Assembly: GCA_040768905.1 (NCBI GenBank)
Contig: JAXGMA010000001.1
Coordinates: 207,009-271,008 of the forward strand
Direction of reading: 5' to 3'
DNA: 64,000 bases
Source: Christensenellales bacterium
Lineage (GTDB): Bacteria; Bacillota; Clostridia; Christensenellales; SZUA-584
Shown in pieces: positions 20,045 to 29,906 of the stretch (its first letter is position 1; every line of letters starts with the position of its first letter). The notes beneath the pieces are model-generated. The model did not search any database. It was not told the DNA's origin and worked only from the letters and a program-made list of their open reading frames with translations. Position numbers and translations under genes: made by a program.

Positions 20045-21076
20045 ATGAAAACGCCTTCAACACTTGAATGGGACGGCCGGTGCCTTGAACTTCTCGATCA
20101 AACACGGCTTCCTGCAGAAACAGCCTACATCGATATCTATACTGCGCAGGCATTAAGGGAGGCGATCATGTCGATGCAGGTGCGTGGCGCGCCTGCGATC
20201 GGTGTGGCTGCAGCGTATGGCATGGTGCTCGCAGCCCGCACCATTACAGAAACATCATTCAAAGCGTTTCTGCGCGCGCTTAATAAGGAAGGCGAAATGC
20301 TTGCCTCGGCGCGGCCGACTGCGGTCAATCTCTCATGGGCAGTGGGGCGCATGATAGATGCTGCGCGGATGCACGGCAGGATGCCGCAGCTGTTAGAGCG
20401 GCTTGAACACGAGGCGGTCACGATACACAAAGAAGACATTCAAAACAACAGGCGCATCGGCGAACTGGCGCTCGGCCTGCTTAAAGACGGATACGGCATA
20501 CTCACGCACTGCAATGCGGGCATGCTGGCAACGACGCAGTATGGCACTGCGCTTTCCGCGTTTTATCTGGCCCAAGAGCGCGGCATTTCTTTAAAAGCCT
20601 ATGTTGATGAAACACGGCCGCGTTTCCAGGGCGCTTCGCTCACCGCGTATGAGCTGATGCAGGCAGGCATAGATACAACGCTTATTTGCGACAACATGGC
20701 TGCGCTGCTGATGAAGCAGGGCAAAATCAACGCGGTGATGACGGGCTGTGACAGAGTCGCTGCCAATGGCGATGCGGCCAACAAAGTCGGCACTTTCAGC
20801 CTCTCGATTGTCGCCAAACATTTCGGCATACCCTTTTATGTGGCTGCGCCCGTAAGCACCATTGACTTGGCGTGCAGCAACGGTTCTCAGATACCCATCG
20901 AAGAACGCAGCGGTGAGGAAATCACAAGAATTGGGAAAACCTGCATAGCCCCGGAGGGGGTCAAGACATATAATCCGGCGTTTGATATCACGCCCGCAGA
21001 AAACATCACGGCCATCATAACAGAACGCGGTATTGCATGGCCACCGTTCAGAGAATCAATCAAAACGATCGTTTAA
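20045..21076 (+). CDS. mtnA: S-methyl-5-thioribose-1-phosphate isomerase
   Basis: eIF-2B-like MtnA family (VRGAPAIG, TGCDRVAANGD, NPAFDITP). The ATG at 20045 follows GGAGA. Confidence 0.9.
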   Translation: MKTPSTLEWDGRCLELLDQTRLPAETAYIDIYTAQALREAIMSMQVRGAPAIGVAAAYGMVLAARTITETSFKAFLRALNKEGEMLASARPTAVNLSWAVGRMIDAARMHGRMPQLLERLEHEAVTIHKEDIQNNRRIGELALGLLKDGYGILTHCNAGMLATTQYGTALSAFYLAQERGISLKAYVDETRPRFQGASLTAYELMQAGIDTTLICDNMAALLMKQGKINAVMTGCDRVAANGDAANKVGTFSLSIVAKHFGIPFYVAAPVSTIDLACSNGSQIPIEERSGEEITRIGKTCIAPEGVKTYNPAFDITPAENITAIITERGIAWPPFRESIKTIV

Positions 21077-21213
21077 GAAGGGCTGTACTTTTTTAGCTGT
21101 TTCCCTTGTACCGCCTTTGCTAAATTCTTAAAAGGACTGGGAACAAATATTTTAAATGTGTTGTAATCAACGGCAGCCCTCACAAGGGCAACACATATGA
21201 GCTTGCAAAAATC

Positions 21214-21849
21214 GTGATGAACCGTATGCGTGATTGCGGCGCAACGATCGAAGAGATCCATCTTGGGCAGCACAAGATTCCGTTTTGCAGCGGCTGTTTT
21301 TCCTGTTTTGAACGCGGCGAAGATTCCTGCCCTCATCATGATGCGGTCAAGCCCATCGCGCAGGCCATTGAGTCCGCGGATGCTCTTATTGTGCTCACGC
21401 CTGCGTACTCGCTGGCGCCTACAGCATTGCTGAAAAACATGATAGATCATCTTTCGTATTATTTTCATCGCCCTCGTTTTTTCGGAAGAAAAGCGCTTGT
21501 GTTATCGACAACGGCGGGCGCAGGCGCAAAGGCGTGTACAGGTTACATACGCAATGTGCTTGGGCATTGGGGATTCGGACGTGTGTATAATTATGCGCTG
21601 GCATGCTTTGCAGCGCTTGGGTACACGCCCTCAGCCAAGGTGGAAAAAAGACTAAATCATCTCGCCGGCTGTTTTGTGCGGGATATCAAGAGCGGCCGCA
21701 TTCCAAGAGCGCGGCTCAAACGTGTGATGTATTACAATGCCTGGCGCGCCATGGCGGCTGTCATCCAGAAAGCATTGACGGACACTATTGGCATGACAGC
21801 GGGCTTGTACGCACGGCGTTTGCACCGCAGATCAAGCTTGGGTTTATAG
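21214..21849 (+). CDS. flavodoxin-like / NADPH-dependent FMN reductase family protein, apparently disrupted
   Basis: The conserved N-terminal motif (KCVVINGSPHKGNTYEL) lies in frame upstream of the first canonical start, back to a stop at 21121. The protein-like C-terminus continues in another frame (ORF 21603..21911). Confidence 0.5.
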   Translation: MMNRMRDCGATIEEIHLGQHKIPFCSGCFSCFERGEDSCPHHDAVKPIAQAIESADALIVLTPAYSLAPTALLKNMIDHLSYYFHRPRFFGRKALVLSTTAGAGAKACTGYIRNVLGHWGFGRVYNYALACFAALGYTPSAKVEKRLNHLAGCFVRDIKSGRIPRARLKRVMYYNAWRAMAAVIQKALTDTIGMTAGLYARRLHRRSSLGL

Positions 21850-22059
21850 GGCGGCTTTTCGGGGCTCTGATGTTCAGGCTGATTAAATTTTCGATGGTTA
21901 AATTTTCATAACGGAGCGGCGTCTTGAGCGGCGAATTCAGCCTGTACAATAATATAAATGCATTGCCAAATATTAAAGCATCAAGATATCAAAACCATGA
22001 TTAACTTTTCCTTTATGCTATGCTATGATGTGAATAAATAAATTATAGGGAGGGGTACT

Positions 22060-23571
22060 ATGACATCAGACCAAATACAGATACTGATTGCGATGTTTGC
22101 ATACATGGCGATGATGATCGTGATCGGCGCCATGTATGCCAAACGCAACAAGAACGCTGAGGACTACCTTCTTGGAGGCAGAAAGCTTGGGCCCTGGGTC
22201 GGCGCGCTGTCTGCTGAAGCCTCGGATATGTCCGGCTGGCTGCTTATGGGCCTGCCGGGGCTGGCGTATCTCACAGGTATCGGGGAGGTGTTCTGGACGG
22301 CTCTCGGCCTTGCCGTCGGTACTTATTTAAACTGGTTGTTTGTCGCAAAAAGGCTGCGCAAATACACCAAAGCAGCAGGCAATTCTATCACACTGCCGGA
22401 TTATTTTTCAAACAGGTTCAGAGACAAACAAAAGATACTGATGAGCCTGTCCGCCGTACTTATACTATTATTCTTTGTCATTTATCTTGGTTCGGGTTTT
22501 GCAGCAATGGGCAAACTGTTCCAATCACTGTTCGGCCTTGATTATACGATGATGATGGTCATCAGCGCCGTTGTCATCATTGTCTATTCTGTTGTCGGCG
22601 GCTTCCTCGCGGTTTGCACGACAGACTTAATACAGGGCATACTCATGTTTTTTGCGCTGCTTGCCATTGTAGTGCTTGGCTATGTGGCACTGGCAGGAGA
22701 AACCATAGCCGCCAACGTCGCGGGCATCAACGGCTTTTTGAGCATTTGGGGCGTCAATGATCCCGCGACCAACACATTTGTACAGTTTAGTGCGCTGGAT
22801 ATCATATCTATACTGGCATGGGGGCTTGGTTATTTCGGTATGCCCCACATCCTGTTAAGATTTATGGCGATCCGCAAAACAGGTCAGATCGCAAAATCAC
22901 GGCGCATTGCCGTTGTCTGGGTGGTCATCGCACTGGGCGCCGCCGTTCTGATCGGTATCATCGGCCGTGCATTCTTGGGCGATTCTCTGATGAACGGTAC
23001 CCATGAAACGGTTTTTGCCGCCTTGGCGACCACACTGCTGCCGGCCTTGATCGCGGGCGTACTCATATCCGGTATACTTGCCTCAACCATGAGCACCTCG
23101 GACAGCCAGCTGCTGACCGTCGCTTCTGCAATATCGAAGAACTTTTTTCACGGCCTTATCAAGAAGAACGCTTCAGACAAGCAAATACTCGTTATCTCCA
23201 AGATCACTGTCATCGTGGCCGCGCTTGTCGGTATTTTGTTTGCGCTTGATGAGAATAGCACAGTGTTTGGTATCGTCGCTTATGCGTGGGCTGGGTTCGG
23301 AGCGACTTTCGGGCCGGTCGTCCTGCTCTCGCTGTTCTGGAAGCGCATGAACAAGTGGGGAGCGCTCGCAGGCATGTTGTCCGGCGCTGCAACAGTCATT
23401 ATTTGGAGAGAGATACTCAAACCGATGGGAGGCGTCTTTGGCATTTATGAGCTGCTGCCTGGATTCATCGTGGCGCTTCTGTTGATTTTTGTTGTCAGTC
23501 TGTTGACCAGGCCTCCGTCACAGGAAATCGTGACAGAATTCGAGACAGTCAAAACTGCGGATTTGGATTAA
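22060..23571 (+). CDS. putP: sodium/proline symporter (SSS family)
   Basis: 503 aa, about 13 TM. N-terminal region YLLGGRKLGPWVGALSAEASDMSGWLLMGLPG is typical of PutP. Confidence 0.9.
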   Translation: MTSDQIQILIAMFAYMAMMIVIGAMYAKRNKNAEDYLLGGRKLGPWVGALSAEASDMSGWLLMGLPGLAYLTGIGEVFWTALGLAVGTYLNWLFVAKRLRKYTKAAGNSITLPDYFSNRFRDKQKILMSLSAVLILLFFVIYLGSGFAAMGKLFQSLFGLDYTMMMVISAVVIIVYSVVGGFLAVCTTDLIQGILMFFALLAIVVLGYVALAGETIAANVAGINGFLSIWGVNDPATNTFVQFSALDIISILAWGLGYFGMPHILLRFMAIRKTGQIAKSRRIAVVWVVIALGAAVLIGIIGRAFLGDSLMNGTHETVFAALATTLLPALIAGVLISGILASTMSTSDSQLLTVASAISKNFFHGLIKKNASDKQILVISKITVIVAALVGILFALDENSTVFGIVAYAWAGFGATFGPVVLLSLFWKRMNKWGALAGMLSGAATVIIWREILKPMGGVFGIYELLPGFIVALLLIFVVSLLTRPPSQEIVTEFETVKTADLD

Positions 23572-23587
23572 CAGCGTTTTTTACTTT

Positions 23588-23622
23588 AAAGGCCGAAGCG
23601 TTCCTGCTTCGGCCTTTGCTTG
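23588..23622 (+). terminator. intrinsic terminator of putP
   Basis: GGCCGAAGC-gttcct-GCTTCGGCC followed by TTTGCTTGT. Confidence 0.8.
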
Positions 23623-23654
23623 TACACTTTAGTGTGATTTTGAGCGCAAAGCGG

Positions 23655-24380
23655 TCAAAATCAAATAAACCCCCGGCTATGCCGGGGGAAGACAGCGAGC
23701 TTTAGCTTCAAGCAAATACCTCCTATGTTAAAATGATGAGGTTTGCCGACCGCATCAAAAACAAAGGAGGCAGTCCAATGGACAAGAATAGTCTAGCACA
23801 TACTATGTGGGAATGTAAGTATCACATTGTGTTTGCGCCGAAATACAGAAGACAAGTCATCTATGGGAAGCTGAAGAAAGACATAGGGAAAATCTTGCGG
23901 GAGCTGTGTGACAGAAAGGGGATAGAAATAATCGAAGCAGAGCTATGCCCAGATCATGTACATATGCTAGTGAGAATACCGCCGAAATTGAGCGTATCTC
24001 AGGTAATGGGGTATCTGAAAGGAAAAAGCTCACTAATAATATTTGATAGGCATGCGAATCTGAAATACAAATACGGAAGCAGGCATTTTTGGTGTAGAGG
24101 ATACTACGTAGATACGGTTGGGAAAAATGCGAAAAGGATGCAGGAATATATCCGAAGGCAGCTACAGGAAGACGCCACCGCAGATCAGATAAGCATGAAG
24201 GAGTACATTGACCCGTTTACGGGTAAGCCGACGAACAAAGGCAAGTAACAAGACCCTTTAGGGTCGGCCAGAGAATATTATGCGGTTGGCAAACGATTCA
24301 ATGCGCTTGCAAGCGCAAGCCGGTAACATGCCCTTATAGGGCTAGAGCATACCACCGGCTAAGCCGGTGGTACTGATTAT
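23655..24380 (+). mobile_element. IS200/IS605-family insertion sequence (tnpA only)
   Basis: About 0.7 kb unit with one Y1 transposase gene. Related terminal hairpins: CCCCCGGCTATGCCGGGGG (23670-23688) and TACCACCGGCTAAGCCGGTGGTA (24350-24372). Further small hairpins in the right end. Exact ends not determinable. Confidence 0.85.
23778..24248 (+). CDS. tnpA: IS200/IS605 family Y1 (HUH) transposase TnpA
   Basis: MDKNSLAHTMWECKYHIVFAPKYRRQ, HUH motif PDHVHMLV, catalytic Tyr region RGYYVDTVG. The ATG at 23778 follows AAAGGAGG. Confidence 0.9.
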   Translation: MDKNSLAHTMWECKYHIVFAPKYRRQVIYGKLKKDIGKILRELCDRKGIEIIEAELCPDHVHMLVRIPPKLSVSQVMGYLKGKSSLIIFDRHANLKYKYGSRHFWCRGYYVDTVGKNAKRMQEYIRRQLQEDATADQISMKEYIDPFTGKPTNKGK

Positions 24381-24422
24381 ATTGTGCGAAGCTGTGTAAT
24401 AATGCTTTGAAAGGAAGGGCAG

Positions 24423-24852
24423 GTGCGCGTGAAAGTCATTTTATACATAGCCGGGCTGGCTTTGGCTGTTGCCTCTTTTGGTTGTTCGGCAAGACTCGAC
24501 CCGGTTTATGTTGAGGCTTTATTAAACGAGCCTGTTGAAGAAAAAAGCGTGCAGAGCGTGATAACGGCAAGTTATTCTGTCATCAACGCGCAGATACTGC
24601 TGCGAACGTCTTCAAAAGAGTCTGTCGTTTATGATGCATCGCCGTATTATGATGAACATTGGTCAGTTTGGGTGGGCGCTCTTGCCGCAGAAGAAGACGG
24701 GCTTAGGATATAGTGGAGATGTGCTTGTGATCACCGCAGATTATTACACTGATCATACGGTACAAACACTCCTGATAAGCGTGGATAAGGATCTGAACAT
24801 CACGATTTTTGATCAAACCATGAAAGAAAAGAGCGGATATAAAAAAACATAA
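24423..24852 (+). pseudogene. small lipoprotein gene split by an apparent +1 frameshift
   Basis: ORF 24423..24713 has a lipobox (VASFGC) and ends at a TAG. ORF 24631..24852 continues with protein-like sequence (GYSGDVLVITADYYTDH...) in the +1 frame. The junction is near 24701-24713. Confidence 0.4.
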
Positions 24853-25007
24853 AAAGGGTGCTTATCATGGGGATGCTCCAACGAAAGCCAGGCCCGCCGC
24901 ACAGTTATTCTCTTACACGTTGTCAGGATGCTGTGATATAATAAAGCAAAAGTCGAAGTTTTCAAAGCAGAAGACAAAAAGAATAATCGCTAGGCACGGG
25001 AACACAT

Positions 25008-26330
25008 ATGAAGGCAAATAAATTTAACTTTACGACAATCGCTCAGTTGCGGGCAGAATCAGAGCGGCTCGGTATAGATATACCTTTGGATGAAGATGTA
25101 TCAGTCCTCAAGAGCAAAATCAACGTCAACGGCAAAACGCTGCAGAACCGTATCGTGTTTCAGCCGATGGAAGGCTGCGACGGCAATGCCGACGGAAGCT
25201 TGGGTGAACATACCGTAAGAAGGTATGAAAAATTTGCAGGGAGCGGCGCCGCACTTATTTGGTTTGAAGCCGTGGCGGTTGTCAATGAAGGCCGGGCCAA
25301 CCCAAGACAGCTTATGATCAATCCGTCAAACATGGATGCATTTAAGGCTGCTGCGGAGCTGATCAAAGACACCGGTCTTAAGAAAAACGGCTTTGAACCG
25401 GTCGTGATCATGCAGCTGACGCATTCCGGGCGCTATGCAAAGCCGGACGGCCAGCCCCTGCCGGTCGTTGCATACAATTCTCCTTTATTGGAAAAAAACA
25501 AACCGATACCAAAGCAACGCATCATCACGGATGCGCAGCTTGAAGCGCTTGAGGACAGTTTCGGCGAAGCAGCGAAATTGGCGCAGGCCTGCGGCTTTGA
25601 CGGTGTGGACTTAAAAGCATGCCACAGGTATCTCGTGAGCGAACTGCTCTCGGCTTATAAAAGGCCGGGCAAATACGGCGGAGCATTCGAAAACAGGACA
25701 AGGTTTTTAAGAAACATCATCAAGGCAGCCAAAGCCAAAACAGATGACGGCTTTATCGTTGCCACACGGCTCAATGTCTATGACGGCTTTGCGTATCCGT
25801 ATGGGTTTGGCGTCAAAGAAGGCGGCGGCACGCAGATGGATTTGTCGGAGGCTTATAAGCTTGCCGATCAGCTCTTTCAAGAGTCAGGCGTATCGCTTAT
25901 TAACGTCACGCTTGGCAATCCGTATGTCAATCCGCATGTCAACAGGCCGTCTGACAACTGCGGATACGAAACCGGGGAGCATCCGCTCTGGGGCGTAGAA
26001 AGAGCCATAAAGGCGGCCGGTGCGCTGCAAAAAAAGCTCCCGCATATGTCTATCGTTTGCTCGGCGCTCTCATATCTGCGGCAGTTTTCGGTGAATGCGG
26101 CGGCGGGTGCCATCAACGCTGGCATGGCAAAACTCGCAGGGTTTGGACGGATGACATTCGCTTACCCGGATTTTGCAAAAGACCTGTTTGAAAAAGGTCA
26201 GCTCGATGCCGGAAAATGCTGCATCGCTTGCGGCAATTGCAGCAAACTGATGAGGGCCGGGCAGATAAGCGGGTGCGTGATCAGAGACAAAGAGTATGCA
26301 AAAATTTTTAAAGAGAAGGTGCAGAGGTAA
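25008..26330 (+). CDS. Old-Yellow-Enzyme-like FMN oxidoreductase with C-terminal Cys cluster
   Basis: 440 aa. NRIVFQPMEG, MQLTHSGRY, ACHRYL motifs of the OYE/2,4-dienoyl-CoA-reductase TIM barrel. C-terminal CCIACGNC-x11-C. Confidence 0.8.
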   Translation: MKANKFNFTTIAQLRAESERLGIDIPLDEDVSVLKSKINVNGKTLQNRIVFQPMEGCDGNADGSLGEHTVRRYEKFAGSGAALIWFEAVAVVNEGRANPRQLMINPSNMDAFKAAAELIKDTGLKKNGFEPVVIMQLTHSGRYAKPDGQPLPVVAYNSPLLEKNKPIPKQRIITDAQLEALEDSFGEAAKLAQACGFDGVDLKACHRYLVSELLSAYKRPGKYGGAFENRTRFLRNIIKAAKAKTDDGFIVATRLNVYDGFAYPYGFGVKEGGGTQMDLSEAYKLADQLFQESGVSLINVTLGNPYVNPHVNRPSDNCGYETGEHPLWGVERAIKAAGALQKKLPHMSIVCSALSYLRQFSVNAAAGAINAGMAKLAGFGRMTFAYPDFAKDLFEKGQLDAGKCCIACGNCSKLMRAGQISGCVIRDKEYAKIFKEKVQR

Positions 26331-27113
26331 ATGCAGACCGATAAAAAAGTCGCCGCTGTGACAGGTTCAAGAAGGGGCATTGGCTTTGCCGTCGCGCAAA
26401 GGCTGTTGGAACAAGGCTATTTTGTTGTTGTATCCGCCACAGCTGGTGAGATTGATGCGCGCCAAGCTATGGACACACTGCGAAAAATTTCAGAAAACTG
26501 TGTGTATATACAATGTGACATATCTGATGAACGGCAGAGAGAAAACTTGATAGAGTCTGTTTCCTCAAAGTGTGGCAGGCTCGATGTGCTGGTGAACAAC
26601 GCCGGTGTTGCACCGGCCTCCAGGATGGATCTTTTGGAAACTACGCAAGAGAGCTATGACAGAGTGCTGGACACCAACCTGAAAGGTACGTTTTTTATGT
26701 GCCAGCTGGCCGCCAATGCTATGATCAAGATGAGAGCCCAAAACTTCACCGGCTTCCTGCCGAGGATCATCAACATCGGCTCCATATCGTCATATGTTTC
26801 GTCTGTAAACCGGGGAGAATACTGTATTTCCAAAGCAGGTATTTCCATGGTGACCAAGCTCTTTGCGGACAGGCTTGCAGAATACGGCATACCCGTCTTT
26901 GAAGTCAGTCCGGGCATCATCGAAACAGACATGATCAGCAGCGTCAAAGAAAAATATATTGAGGCTGTCCATAAGGGCTTAACACCTATCGGACGCTTAG
27001 GGCAGCCCAAGGACATTGCAGACAGTGTGCTCGCATTATGCAGCGGCATGCTTGATTTTGCAACGGGACAAGTGATCAATGCGGACGGCGGATTTCATAT
27101 CAGAAGGTTGTGA
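26331..27113 (+). CDS. short-chain dehydrogenase/reductase (SDR)
   Basis: 260 aa. TGSRRGIGFAV, NNAG, YCISKAG catalytic motif. TAA-ATG abutting the upstream gene. Confidence 0.85.
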   Translation: MQTDKKVAAVTGSRRGIGFAVAQRLLEQGYFVVVSATAGEIDARQAMDTLRKISENCVYIQCDISDERQRENLIESVSSKCGRLDVLVNNAGVAPASRMDLLETTQESYDRVLDTNLKGTFFMCQLAANAMIKMRAQNFTGFLPRIINIGSISSYVSSVNRGEYCISKAGISMVTKLFADRLAEYGIPVFEVSPGIIETDMISSVKEKYIEAVHKGLTPIGRLGQPKDIADSVLALCSGMLDFATGQVINADGGFHIRRL

Positions 27114-27116
27114 GCG

Positions 27117-29093
27117 ATGCATATCAAAGAGGATGCGGTGCGGATCTGCGGCATCAACATGGCGGTCTATTCGCTCGATACACTTGTTATCGGGACAGGC
27201 TGCGCAGGGTACAACGCGGCCGACTGGCTGCATAAGCTTGGCAGGCGAAGCCTTGCCATCATCACTGAAGGCATAGGCATCGGCACATCGAGAAACACAG
27301 GCAGTGACAAACAAACCTATTACAAGCTCTCTTTGGGTGCCGATACAAAGGATTCAGTCACGCAGATGGCGCAGGATCTGTTCGACGGCGGCAGTGTCAA
27401 CGGCGATACGGCTTTGGTTGAAGCTGCCTGTTCAGCAAGGTCTTTTATCAAACTTGCCAATCTCGGCGTGCCTTTTCCCGTCAACGAGTATGGTGAATAC
27501 ATCGGATACCAAACTGATCATGACTTAAGGCAGCGCGCCACCTCCGCCGGACCTTTGACGTCACGGTATATGACCGAGTGTTTGGAAAATGAGGTGGCAA
27601 AGAATAATACCAGAGTCTTTGACGGCATGGCTGCAGTCAAACTGATCGTTAAGAACAATAAAATAGCTGGCATTTTGGCCATAGACACTCAAAGCGCGAA
27701 TGAAGGCAGGGGCTTAACGCTTTTCAATTGCGAGAATGTGGTGCTGGCAACCGGCGGGCCGGCGGGGATCTATGACGATTCTGTATATCCGCTTTGTCAC
27801 ACGGGGATGAGCGGCCTTGCGGTGGAGGCGGGCGCGAAGCTCAACAACCTGCAGGAATGGCAGTACGGGATGGCTGCAAAGAAATTCAGATGGAATGTTT
27901 CCGGCACATATCAGCAGGTGATACCCAGATATATTTCTGTCGACAAACGGGGGACTCAAACAGAATTCCTGTATGCATACTTTGATTCTCCTGCACAGGC
28001 GCTTGACATGGTGTTTTTGAAAGGATATCAATGGCCGTTTGATGCACAAAAGCTTAAGGGATCTTCAAAAATCGATATCGCCATCCATCATGAAGAAAGA
28101 AAGGGCAACAAGGTCTTTCTTGATTTCACGCAAGAGCCTGAGGCGCTTAAAAATGGGTTTGATATCCTTGGAGATGAGGCCTATGCGTATCTGAAAAGAT
28201 CGGGCGCGCTTGTCAAAACACCGATAAATCGGCTTGAGGTCATGAACAAAAAGGCAATCGGCATTTTTAAGGCAAATGGTATCGATCTTTATAATGAGCC
28301 GCTCGAGATATCGGTCTGTGCGCAGCACAACAACGGCGGTGTGGATGTGGACACAAACTGGGAAAGCAGCGTAAGCGGGCTTTATGCCGCGGGCGAAGCG
28401 GCAGGCACTTTCGGTGTGTACAGGCCGGGCGGCAGCGCGCTGAACGCCGCGCAGGTGGGCAGTTTAAGATGCGCCGAACATATTGCCGAAAAAAAAGAGA
28501 CGCTCAAGCCAGTAGATGCATTTATTGATCTGGTCAAAGAGCAGGAGGCGTGCTTTATTTCAATGATTCTCGGTGTTGGATATGGGGGCGAAAACACAAC
28601 ACTGGCGGAACGCGAAAAACTGCAAAAAGAAATGAGCCTACATGCAGGTTTTATTCGGCATTTGCCTTCGCTCAGATCGTTGTATAGAAAACGGGTCAAA
28701 CAGCAAAAGATCTGCATGGAAGGCAAACATGCAAGTGATGCCAAAGGATTATATCAGTTGTTAAAAAACAGAGATATCCTGCTGACACAGGCTGCCGTAT
28801 TGAACGCCATGACGCTGGCTGCTGAAAAAACAGGAAGCCGCGGTTCGTGTTTGGTCTATAAAGAAGAAAAAAGGGAACACAAGCAAGAGAACAAAGAATA
28901 CAGACAAAAGCGTGTGATCACCCGGATGACCGGCGGCAGTATAAAAAGCGGGTTTGTAACTGTCAGAAACATCCCCGAACGGGACACATGGTTTGAGACC
29001 GTATGGAACGGGTACCTTGCCAGATCGGAAGCGGAGCACGGCTTACGTCAAAGGGAAAAAGGCGAAGAAAAAGAAGAAGTTATGAAAACATGA
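27117..29093 (+). CDS. FAD-dependent oxidoreductase (fumarate reductase / aspartate oxidase flavoprotein-like)
   Basis: 658 aa. Dinucleotide fold DTLVIGTGCAGYNAA. C-terminal FAD motif GLYAAGEAAGTFG. The start may be 27159. Confidence 0.75.
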   Translation: MHIKEDAVRICGINMAVYSLDTLVIGTGCAGYNAADWLHKLGRRSLAIITEGIGIGTSRNTGSDKQTYYKLSLGADTKDSVTQMAQDLFDGGSVNGDTALVEAACSARSFIKLANLGVPFPVNEYGEYIGYQTDHDLRQRATSAGPLTSRYMTECLENEVAKNNTRVFDGMAAVKLIVKNNKIAGILAIDTQSANEGRGLTLFNCENVVLATGGPAGIYDDSVYPLCHTGMSGLAVEAGAKLNNLQEWQYGMAAKKFRWNVSGTYQQVIPRYISVDKRGTQTEFLYAYFDSPAQALDMVFLKGYQWPFDAQKLKGSSKIDIAIHHEERKGNKVFLDFTQEPEALKNGFDILGDEAYAYLKRSGALVKTPINRLEVMNKKAIGIFKANGIDLYNEPLEISVCAQHNNGGVDVDTNWESSVSGLYAAGEAAGTFGVYRPGGSALNAAQVGSLRCAEHIAEKKETLKPVDAFIDLVKEQEACFISMILGVGYGGENTTLAEREKLQKEMSLHAGFIRHLPSLRSLYRKRVKQQKICMEGKHASDAKGLYQLLKNRDILLTQAAVLNAMTLAAEKTGSRGSCLVYKEEKREHKQENKEYRQKRVITRMTGGSIKSGFVTVRNIPERDTWFETVWNGYLARSEAEHGLRQREKGEEKEEVMKT

Positions 29094-29277
29094 CCAGATG
29101 ACTAGCTAAGAAAAGTTGTTTTTTGATGTTACGCTGACTGGTCTCGGTATTGTTTATAGACGTGATCAGTCGCAAACCAGCACCTGGCCAATGTATAATG
29201 ATCTATTAGACTTTGCAGTTGCTCTGGGAAACTCCAGAGACTTTAAAATCACATACAAAAGGAGAGATGAAAACGAA

Positions 29278-29895
29278 ATGACAAGAGATTTGGATATCGC
29301 AAAAACTGCGCTGCTTATCGTTGATATGCAAAACGATTTTGTACGTTGCGGAGGAGCTATGCAGGTTGAGGATGCGCTCAAAACAGTACCGGCCATCAAA
29401 AGCCTGCTGGATTTTGCGCGCGCCAAGGACATGCCAGTGATCTATACCAAATTTGTCACGGGTAAAAACAGCTCGTTGCTGTGGAATTGGAGCCCGCAGA
29501 TCGAACAGGACAATGCGTGCAGGAGATGCTTTGAAAGGCATTACCCGGATATTCAAAAAACACTCAACTGCAGCGATATCATCGATGAGCTGAGTCCACT
29601 GCAGAATGAATATGTGATCGAAAAATACTGGTATTCATCTTTCAGGAACACAAGCCTGGTGGACGTTTTGCAAAGTGAAAACTGTGACACCGTCATCGTG
29701 ACAGGCACTGTGACACAAATATGCGTAGAGGACACGGTTCACGATGCTTTTGCAAATGGTTTTAAGGTCATCGTTGCACAAGACGGCGTGTCCTCGTTTG
29801 ATGATGAACTGCATCAAGCGACCCTGAAGAACATTGAGATGAAATACGGGTACGTCATGACATCTGAAGAAATAATCAAAAACTTGAAGCGGTAA
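29278..29895 (+). CDS. isochorismatase-family cysteine hydrolase
   Basis: TALLIVDMQNDF, VIVTGTVTQICV (catalytic Cys). The ATG at 29278 follows AAAGGAGAG. Confidence 0.85.
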   Translation: MTRDLDIAKTALLIVDMQNDFVRCGGAMQVEDALKTVPAIKSLLDFARAKDMPVIYTKFVTGKNSSLLWNWSPQIEQDNACRRCFERHYPDIQKTLNCSDIIDELSPLQNEYVIEKYWYSSFRNTSLVDVLQSENCDTVIVTGTVTQICVEDTVHDAFANGFKVIVAQDGVSSFDDELHQATLKNIEMKYGYVMTSEEIIKNLKR

Positions 29896-29906
29896 AAGCC
29901 GTATAG

